This document shows, one piece after another, positions 35,401 to 44,102 of a stretch of DNA of 51,035 nt. The stretch covers positions 52,506 to 103,540 of the forward strand of contig RQSC01000626.1 in the NCBI GenBank assembly GCA_013416795.1, read 5' to 3'. The first letter of the stretch is position 1, and each line of letters starts with the position of its first letter. The notes under the pieces are model-generated. The model was not told where the DNA came from, did not search any database, and saw only the letters and a list, made by a program, of their open reading frames with translations. The stretch comes from Prasinococcaceae sp. CCMP 1430. Taxonomy: Eukaryota > Plantae > Prasinodermophyta. The position numbers were made by a program, and so were the translations under genes.

Positions 35401-35575
35401 GGTGGAGGATATGGGCCGCGAGCTGCCGCCGCGAGGCTCTCCCCTGGCAGAGGCCCTGGTGTCGCTCATCGAAGCCCTGCAGCCCATCCCAATGATGCGC
35501 GAGGCCATGATGAACTTCATCAGCAAGTGGGATGCGGCGGCAGGGGATGCCATGTGCGCAGGGTCGGCTGCATGA
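32407..35575 (+). CDS. Multi-domain glycosyltransferase: O-fucosyltransferase-like domain, GT2/GT7C domain and a second fucosyltransferase-like domain; 5' end uncertain
   Basis: Exons 32407-32799 and 32915-35575. GT-A features: IVTACMDRNDLL, VVIVDWSS, KLDCD, GGFNE...YGYDDTDLY. Flanking domains: ARALRRTLVLP and ARRAGRRLGILW...CSFDNIF. The N at 32277 may hide the true start. Confidence 0.75.
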
Positions 35576-35755
35576 GTGCGGCGGGGGCGCGCGCGCCGCG
35601 AATTGCACACTAATACCATCTAATAATCACGACACAGCGACCCATCTGCCCTCCCGTCCTCATCTCCGGTGAATGCGACTCGTGTTATGAGCTTCCCGGG
35701 GCGCGGCGGCGGCGCAACGCGCGCACGCGCGCTCTGTCCGCCGCATGCGCGCCTC

Positions 35756-37942
35756 TCAGCGAAACTGCGTACGTGCGGCCGCGTGCGCGTGCGCGAGTTA
35801 GCACGCGCACGCGAGCGCGCACGTGGCGCGTGGCTGCGTCCGCCCTCCCTCCCCCCGCGTGGGCGCCACGCACCATGTCCTCGTCGATGTACAGCCCCAT
35901 TCCTAGCTGCACCTCCTTGGTCTCCATGGTCCACTGCCCAACGTTGACCTCGTTGACGAAGGAACCCTCCGCGCATGCGGCGATGAGCGCCGCGCGCGCG
36001 TCACCCGCGGCGCACGCGCCTTCCTCCTCGGGATACCACACGCCGGGCGCTGTGCCGCCGGCCAGCATAGACGACGCAAACGCGGCGACGGCCGTCGCCG
36101 CCGAGTCCGTGAGGTGCTTGTGCGCGACCACGCTCACCACCTTGCGCCCGCCGACGGTGTCCATGTCGACGCGCATGGCCGTGTCCTCGCCGACCTTGTC
36201 ATCGAAGAACCTCACCAGCGGCTCGAGCACGCCCGCGAGCTTGTCCATGGCACCCCTGTCGTTGAGCAGCGAGCGCGGCGCGAGCGACGCCACGAGCTCC
36301 ATCCCCCAGTTCCAGAAGAGCGGCGACGTGGCGAAGCGCGCGCTCACGGTGCGCGCGCCCAGCACCTCGCGCGCGCTGTCGACCTGTGTGTGCGTGTGCG
36401 TGTGCAGGAGATGGACGGTCGTGTGTTGGATGGGGGTGGGGGGTGAGTACATGTGCGAGTGTGCGGACATGTGCATGCGTGTGTGCGCGCGCACACAGGC
36501 GCACATCCCAGTGCACTCACTCACTACCCAACTCATGTGCACGCGCGCACGCACCTCCGGCAGGTTGAGCAGGTACACACGGCGCTTGCCCACTTTGGGG
36601 CCGAAGTCCGCGACGCGGCTGCCGGACATGGGCGCGAGCGACAGCTCCTTGCCCTGTGTGTGCGTGCGTGCGTGCGTGTGTGTGTGTGTGTGTGTACGGG
36701 GGGTGAGATGGTAAGTGAGTGCATGGGCGAGTGTGCAGGTGCGTGTGCGCGCGTGCACACACGCAGACGGAACAAATCCCCGTGGCAGCAGTCACTCGCT
36801 CACGCTCGCACGCACGCGCGCACCTCTTCGTACGCCTCGACGTCCTCGCCGAGCAGCATGAGGCTCGTCGCGAGGATGGTGCGCCCCGCGCCGCCGCTTC
36901 CCGCCGTCCAGTAGCTGAAGCGCAGCCGCTCGGGCACGGCGGCCAGCGCGGCGTCCTCGGGCGAGGCCCCGTCCTCCAGAGCTTCGCGCTCGGCCTCGGC
37001 CTGCATGTGCGCCGCCAGCAGGTTGCTCAGCCCCGGATACAGCCCCGCGGCCGTGATGCACGGCACGCCGGCCGCCTCTGCCGCACTCGCGTACTGCTTC
37101 GCGCGCCGCGAGTAGGCGGCGTCGTCGCTGATGTCGAGGTAGGCGACCTTGCTGGCGATGGCGGCCTCGAGCGCGTTGCACTGCTCGGCGCGCTGGAAGG
37201 GGCCCGCAGCGTTGATCACCAGGTCGGCGCCCGCGATGGCGCGAAGCACCGAGCTCGTGTCGCGCACATCGGCGGAGGCGGAGCTCACGTGCTGCGCGCC
37301 GCCGCTGCGCAGCGCCGCGGCCGCGCGCTCGGCGGCATCCGCGTTGCGCGAGGCGAGCGTCACGCGCGCCTCGGGGAGGTGCGCGGCGAGCGCGGCGGCG
37401 GCCTTTGAGCGCGGGCCGTGCGTGTGCGCGCGTGCACGCGCGTGCGTGTGAGCTTGAGCATCACAGGAGAAATGCAGTCGACGGAGCGGAGCCTGCGCCA
37501 GCGTGTGTGCGCGCATGCGCACGCGCGCACACACGCACGCACGCGCGCACACACGCACGCGAACACGCATGCATCCACGCACTCGCACGCTGGCGCGCGG
37601 ATATACACATGCACACGCACACACGCGACGCAGACACACGCGCACACGCAGCCTACCTTGGAGCCGATGCGCCCCGAACCGCCGAGCACGACCACGCGCG
37701 GGTCGCGCACGCCCGCCGGCGCGTCTGCTGCCTCGGCCCTACGCCCAGCCCTCCTGCGCCTAGTCGGCCACCGCTGAGCCCTGCTCCTCCGAGTCAACCG
37801 CCACCAAGCCCGCCGCCCCCTGCAGCGCCGAGCACTCAATCGCCGAATCCCCCTCCTCCGAGAGCGCCCAGCGCACCGCCCACGCCAACGCCACGCGCGC
37901 CACCGCGGCCGGCCGCGCGGACTGCGCCCAGCTCAGGTGCAT
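35756..37942 (-). CDS. Saccharopine dehydrogenase-like NAD(P) oxidoreductase (plant/cyanobacterial type), probably plastid-targeted
   Basis: Exons 37942-37877 (tentative), 37773-37657, 37402-36824, 36653-36555, 36383-35874, 35764-35756; all introns are phase 0. Motifs: VVLGGSGRIG, VINAAGPFQ, YLDISDD, AGLYPGLSNLLA, GSGGAG, VWYPEE. Confidence 0.85.
36384..36823 (-). repeat. Two mutually homologous introns (36384-36554, 171 nt; 36654-36823, 170 nt) with (CA/GT)n-rich sequence
   Basis: Identical 13-nt 3' ends, a 20/22-identical internal block at matching offsets, and shared GGGGGGTGAG, ATCCC and CACTC(A/G)CTCAC segments. Confidence 0.75.
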
Positions 37943-37977
37943 CCAGCAGCAGCAGGAGCGGTGAATCTGGTACGTGG

Positions 37978-38276
37978 ATGTCCACTTTGGCTGCAGGTGC
38001 GGCGGCGACCGCCGCCGCTGCCCTCGCGGTTGCGGTGTACATCCGTCTGAGGCGCTCAGAGTTCCGCGTGCTTGCGACGAGCGCTGCCTCCGCAGTGCCT
38101 GAGGTGGGCGAGCCACTCGAGGCGCGCTTCGCCGCGAGCGCAGATGCGTTTCAGGCCGCCTCCATGGCCTCCGCTGTGGGCATGGAGGCCGCGCCGCGGT
38201 TGAGCGGTCCGCAGCGCCTCGCGCTGTACGCGCTGTACAAGCAGGCGACATGTGGCGACTGCCGCGCGGCGATGCC
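37978..38276 (+). CDS. Membrane-anchored acyl-CoA-binding protein, truncated at an N
   Basis: N-terminal hydrophobic anchor (AAAALAVAVYIRL), then the first half of an ACB domain (RF..A...LS..QRLALYALYKQATCGDC). The second half (KW.AW) is absent after the N at 38277. Confidence 0.7.
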
Positions 38277-38277
38277 N

Positions 38278-38655
38278 GCGCCGCGGTCCGCGCGGCGCGT
38301 GGTCCCGCGCGCCGAGGGCGGCGAAGGGCGGGGCGGCGCCAAGGCCGACGAGCCCAAGATCACGGGCGCAGGCCTCAAGCAGCTCATCTCCATGGGACTG
38401 GGCACCATCTCGGGGGACATCACCGAGATCAACCTCAAAGACCCCAAGCGGACCGTCGTCATGGAGCTCGAGAGCAACAACTTTGAGCTCAACGAGGACG
38501 GCCAGCTGAAGCAGGGCAAGTACCGCGACGAGGGATTCGTGGACAGCGAGGGCGGTGGCGTCAACACCGCGGCGGTCATCGGCGCGCTCGTGCTCGCAGG
38601 TGGCGCGGGATTTTTCGTCTACAAGACGCTGGGCGCGCTGAGCGACATGTCGTAG
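38278..38655 (+). CDS. 3' part of an unrelated small protein with a C-terminal TM helix, probably plastid-targeted
   Basis: Begins with a transit-peptide-end-like segment (PRSARRVVPRAE) and ends with a TM helix (AAVIGALVLAGGAGFFVY). Codons are strongly C/G-ending. TAG at 38653-38655. Confidence 0.6.
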   Translation, partial: APRSARRVVPRAEGGEGRGGAKADEPKITGAGLKQLISMGLGTISGDITEINLKDPKRTVVMELESNNFELNEDGQLKQGKYRDEGFVDSEGGGVNTAAVIGALVLAGGAGFFVYKTLGALSDMS

Positions 38656-38802
38656 GGCGGCGGCGAGAGCGAGCGGAGGGGGCGAGGCGGCCGAGCCGCT
38701 GGGCTGCGCGTGCGTTGCAGCCCGACTGCGATGAGGGGGGCCGCGCGCCGTATGTGCGCACCGCTGCGTACGGAGCGTTAGCATCCACAACTTTTTTTGC
38801 TG

Positions 38803-41536
38803 TCACACCTTGACCAGCGCGAGCATCTTCTCGACGCCGCGCAGCTCGCGCAGCTCCTCGAGGCCCTTGCCCGTCGAGTCCGCCTGCACGAGCCTCGCGA
38901 GGGCGATCGCCGCGTTCCTGCGCGCATTGGCGGCCGCGGAGCCCGCGTCGTCCGCAGCCGCTGTCATGAGCTGCACAAGAGGCGCCACCGCACCGGCCTC
39001 GAGCAGCGCGGCGGGTCCCGCGTGCGCGATCGAGGCAAGCTCGCTCAGAAGCAGCGCGGCGTTCCCGCCGGCCGTGCGCACGTCGGCGTCGGCGATCGCA
39101 GCGCGCACCACGCGCAGTGCGGCGGCGAGGCCGCCCTGTGACGCGCGTGGAGGAGCCGATGCGCCACGCAGCGCGGTGTCAGAGGGGATGGTTCACAGGA
39201 CAGGCGCGAGATCACACCCGGGCGCGCCAACGCACCTTGTCGAGGGCCACTCTCTTGGCCTCCTCCCCGCCACTCTTGGTCAGCGCTGCCAGGGCCCTCA
39301 CGGCCGCCCCGGCGGTCTTCCTGGCGCTGCCCTCGTCCGTCCTGGCAGCGGCATCGCACAGGTCGCCGACGGCCGTCGGATGCTCCAACACCACGAGCGG
39401 CGCGCGCCCTGCGGCGCGCGCAAGAAGCGCGGCGGCGCGCTCAGCGGCATCCACGTCCTCCACGGAGGCGAGGCTCGCGGCCGCCACCTTGACCGCCACC
39501 GCAGCGCCATCGCCCGCATCGTCGCCAAAGAGCGCCTCCGCGCCGGCCGCCTCCGCTGCGGCATTGGAGAGCGCCGCCAGCGCGCCCACGCGGCACTCGC
39601 CTGAGGCCGACGCAAGCGCAAGTAGCAGGCGCATCAGCTGGGCCGCCCGCGCGGGTGCGGCGCCTTCTCCCCTCGCGGGCCCTGGTGCCAAAAGTGCCGA
39701 ACGTACGCCGTCGCAGCGCAGCAGATTGCCCGCGAGTGCCGCCACCCGACTGGCGAGCAGCGCCTTCGCCGTCTCCTCGGCGGTGCCTCCAGATACTAGC
39801 AGCCCACCTGCGACGCGCGCAAGAAGGCGCACGAGCGCCTCGGGCTCCGCACCCTCTTCCGCGCCATCGCCCTGGAAGGCCGCCCAGCAGGATTGCTCGG
39901 CCGCTGCGCGCGCCAGCACGCCCGCCGCCGCCGCCGCCGCGGGCGCGGGCGCGTGCTCTGCACAGCGGCAGAGCGCCGCCGCCGCCCCGTGCCGTTTCTT
40001 TCTGCCAAGCGTCGCAGCCGTGTCTCCACGCCCACGCGGCAGCGAGCATATGAGCTGCAGTGCGTCCGCAGCAGCGCCAGCCATCGGGAAGTCACTCGCG
40101 CCATCCTTGCCATTGCTGCCACCGCAGTGAGCCGTGATAATGTCGAGCAACTCCACGATGGCGCACTCCCCTATAGCCGAGCGAATGACGCTGTCCTCCA
40201 AGCAGGCCGTCGCAAGAGCACGCAACGCAAGCACGCCCGCCTCCCGTGTCGCGCTACCCGCAGTTGCCGCCGCGCCGCGCTTGGCGAGCCCCAGCGCTGC
40301 CTTGACGCCTCCGCACGCCCCAAAATAGCGCCGCGCGGTCGCAGATTCGTCCGCCGCACCCCCCACCTCCGATGACATTGCCGCCCGGAGCGAGTCCAGA
40401 GCCTCGGTGGTGGCGCTGTCCGTCTGCTCGGCGTTGTTGGACGACGATGTCGATGCCGCGATCTCTTTCACGGCCGCTTCGACGGCCCGCAGACCGCGCA
40501 GCGAGGCTGCACTGGCGCTGCTCTCATTTGCGCGAGCGCCATCTGCGCCCCCACTCGCGGCCGCCTCGCGCAGCTGCTTGGCATCGCGAAGGTCTGCGAG
40601 CGCAGCGTCGGCCTCAGCCTTCTCGTTCTCGATCTCCTTGAGCGCCTTGGGATCGTAGGAGCGGAGGGCCTTTGCACCCTCCAGGGCAGCAGCGAGATCG
40701 TCGGCGCGTTCGCGCGCGTGACCCAGCGCATGGCGGGCGCGCGCGCGCCGCACGAGCGCTTTGACGGCCAGGGGATGGCGCGCATCGTTGTGCAGGAACT
40801 CCGCAAGCTGGTGCGCGGCGGTCGCGTGGTCCACTGCGGCGATATAGCATTGTGATGCCAGCGCGGCCTGTGCGGCGTTTGCATGCAGCGCCAGCGAGCG
40901 CTTGTTCGCCTCCAGTCCGCGCTCGTAGCACGCTAATGCCTCCGCCGGCTGCCCCGCTTTCAGCGCCGCGTTGCCCGCGAGCCGCTCGCGCTCGGCGCGC
41001 CGCTCACGCTCTGCACGCAGCGCTGCGCGCTCATCCATGTCCTTCTCCATGGCGGCAAACTCGGGCGAGGACGGCGTCATGCCGTACCAAGCGTCGTCCT
41101 CGTCGTCGCTCGGGGTGAACAGGTCCCACTTGGCGTAGTCGGTGCCCGACTGCCGCTCGGTTGCTGCCGCGCTCGCCTCGCGCGACGAGGCAAGGTACGC
41201 CTCGTAACGCGCGCGCGCCTTCTGCCTCTGCTCGTACTTCGCCTTGAGGTCGGCCACCTTTGCGGCAATGCGCGCGCGGTCCTCGTCTGTCTGAGGCGCC
41301 TTGGCCTCCTCCTCCTTCACCTTTGCCTCATTCTCGGCGCGCGCAGCCTCCTCGGCAGCGATCTCCGCGCGCTGGCGCTCGTCGAGCAGCTTGTCGGCGC
41401 CCTCCGCGTCGAGCTCGCCCGCTTTGAGCGCCGAGATGGCGCTCGAGACGGAGTCCACCTGCTCCAGGAAGTCCGCGAGCTCGTCCGGATTGGGCATGCT
41501 GGAGCCCAGCCCCGCCGGCACCCCCGACATGGTCAT
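38803..41536 (-). CDS. TTC12: Tetratricopeptide repeat protein 12-like (TPR + ARM; axonemal dynein assembly)
   Basis: Exons 41536-39236 and 39135-38803. N-terminal DELADFLEQVDSVSSAI, three TPRs (RLAGNAALKAG..ALACYERGL..LHANAAQA), ARM repeats ending NAAIALARL...LRELRGVE. Confidence 0.8.
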
Positions 41537-42137
41537 CGGCCGCGCCGCGCCGCGCCGCGCCGCGCGTCGCGCGCGCGCCCAGCCGCCGCCGCCGCGTCAG
41601 CGCGGCGATCGCCGGCGGCGCGCGCGCGCGTTGACCGCTTCGGGGAACTCACACTCACGCACACACGCACGCACCAGTGTTGTACAGCATGCTCTGGAAG
41701 GTTCGACCGTCAAAAACACCGCGCCCACGTCAAAATGCGAGCAGATGGCCGCGACGCCTGCCTTTTCGCCATGGGCCCACGCGGCGCTGCCGCGCGCCGT
41801 TCGACGCGCGCGCCCCCGCCCGCGAGCGGGTGAATCTCCCAATGTCGAGGCCGCGTAATTTCGTATGTACATTCCGTGTTTTCATCGCCTCGAGCGAAGA
41901 TCGGATCGGGAAAGTGCGGGGGTGTTTCGCGGGGCGGCGCCGCGGCGAACGGCAATTGCGCCATTTCGCGCGGCGCAATCGCCCAACCCGAATAGCAGCG
42001 GCCGCGCAGCAGGGAGCGTGCGTGGGGGGGGGGGGGTGCTCGCGTGCGTGGGGCGCGTGAGGGAGTGTGGCGCGGTGCCACACGCCGCGCGCGGGACGCG
42101 CGGCGGTGGGTCGGGCGCAGGCGACGCGGGGCGACCC

Positions 42138-43466
42138 ATGGGAGGCGACGCGGCGGCGGCGGCGCCGCGCCGGTGGTACGTACGTCCCTGGTGGGCGGTG
42201 CCCGCCGCCGTCGCCCTCGCGTCGTACGCTGTGCTCGCGCAGCTCGCGCGCGTCGACGTGGAGCCAACGGCGAGCAGCTGCGAGGCGCAGGTGGCGCTCA
42301 CCCCCAACAAGGGCGAGGCGCTCGCGGCCTACCCGTGGATCTGCGGCGGGCAGGAGATCGCGCCTGAGCTGGACAGTCCCGTGCGCGTGTATGCCTTCAC
42401 GCAGCCGACGGGCTCGTGGTGCTGGTCTAACGGTGGGCTGATAGTCGACGAGGGCGCCGGCACGTTCAGCGTGGTCGACACCGCGACCGACGCGCGCCTC
42501 ACCGCACGCATGAGGGAAGCGTACGAGGGGATCGTCGACGTCGACAGTGCGGAGGCGCGATGGCTCCTATTCACGCACGGCGACATCGACCACGTGTGGG
42601 GCGCCGACGTGATGGCCGCCCTGGGCAAATTCGGCGTGGTGGCGCACAAGAAGACCGCCGACATGATCGACAGCGCGCCAAACCCCGAGGAGTTCGCGCT
42701 CAAGATCAACCGCGGGAGGCTGGTGTGGGCGCTGCTCGCTCCGGGCGGCGAGCCACGCTTGGCGCTGCGCGCCGCGCTGGCGGTGATGCCGACGGGGCTG
42801 CGGGACCACGCTCTCGCCCTCCTCGGCAGGCTGCGCGCCGCCGAGTTCTTCGCGCCGTTCCACTTCGACGAGGTGACGCGCAATACCCGCGCCAGCAACG
42901 TGTACGATGAGCGTGTGGCTACCCTGTCGCTGGGCGGCGCAGGCGCCGACAGCGCCACGCACAAACTCGCCATGCACAAGGTCGAAGGCGCACACTCGCC
43001 CGGCGACACCTTCATCCACGTGCCGCAGCGCGACGTGGTCTTCGCGGGCGACCTGCTCTTCATCGGCGTGTCGCCGCTCATGTGGGTCGGCCCCGCCGAG
43101 AGCTTTGTCGCAGCGCTGAAGGAACTGCTCGCCACGGGGGCGAGCCTCTTCGTGCCCGGCCACGGCCCCGTGACCGACCGCGGCGGCGTCGAGGCGTCGA
43201 TCGACTACTGGGAGTACGTCGCCAAGGGCGCCGAGGCGTGCTTCAGCGCGGGCGCGGACGCGGACGACTGCGGCCTCGAGATGCTGGCGGACCTCCCCAC
43301 GCCATGGAAGGACTGGACCGACCCCGAGCGCATCCTCGTCAACGTCAAGGTGCAGTATGGCCACCTTGCGGCCCCGGGCGAGTTCAAGGTCAACAGCACG
43401 CTGAAGTTCGACCTCATCGGTGAGCAGGGCAAGTACCTGGTCAAGAAGCAGCTCGGCTACCTGTGA
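42138..43466 (+). CDS. Metallo-beta-lactamase-fold hydrolase with N-terminal membrane anchor, intronless
   Basis: WCWSNGGLIV, VVDT, THGDIDH, AHSPGD, VVFAGDLLF, VPGHGPV. Hydrophobic segment WWAVPAAVALASYAVLA. TGTAA at 43502. Confidence 0.88.
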   Translation: MGGDAAAAAPRRWYVRPWWAVPAAVALASYAVLAQLARVDVEPTASSCEAQVALTPNKGEALAAYPWICGGQEIAPELDSPVRVYAFTQPTGSWCWSNGGLIVDEGAGTFSVVDTATDARLTARMREAYEGIVDVDSAEARWLLFTHGDIDHVWGADVMAALGKFGVVAHKKTADMIDSAPNPEEFALKINRGRLVWALLAPGGEPRLALRAALAVMPTGLRDHALALLGRLRAAEFFAPFHFDEVTRNTRASNVYDERVATLSLGGAGADSATHKLAMHKVEGAHSPGDTFIHVPQRDVVFAGDLLFIGVSPLMWVGPAESFVAALKELLATGASLFVPGHGPVTDRGGVEASIDYWEYVAKGAEACFSAGADADDCGLEMLADLPTPWKDWTDPERILVNVKVQYGHLAAPGEFKVNSTLKFDLIGEQGKYLVKKQLGYL

Positions 43467-43637
43467 GGGTGCTGTCCTCACCGTGCAGCACGGCCCCTTG
43501 TTGTAAGGCACTTATATACAAATGGACTATCGATCTGAGGGCGCCGCTGCGTGGATTAGGGGTTTGTGAGCTCGGCGCAAATCCGCCACGCGCCACAGCA
43601 TCGCCTCTGCCGCTCGCGCCTCCGCGCAGCCGGGAAG

Positions 43638-44067
43638 TCATCCGCCTGCCGCGGGGGGCGCCGCCTCGTTCACACCCGCGGCGGGGGCGACAACTGTGTA
43701 CTCGAGCACCGTCGTCGCATCTTCCTGCCCCTCAGGCACGCACGCCACCCGCAGCGCGCCCTCGCTGCCGACTTTGATCGGGCCGGCGCTGACGAACACG
43801 CCGGCACTTTCGCCTTCGTCGGCGAAGGCGACACCTTTCGCATAGCTTGCCGATGCCCCTGGCGAGGTCGCCCCATTTCGGCTGACCTCCTCATTGCCAA
43901 CGCGCTCCAGTGCCACACCCCCTACCATCACCGCGGTGACGCCCGGTGCTCGTATCTTGAAGCCCACCTCCGACCCCGCCTCGAGGGTGCCGCTCATCGG
44001 ATGGAAGAGCCGGCAGTCCAACAGCTCGAACGATGGCAAGGTGAGCGGTAGCCGATGCTGACGCGAC

Positions 44068-44102
<35 letters not shown>

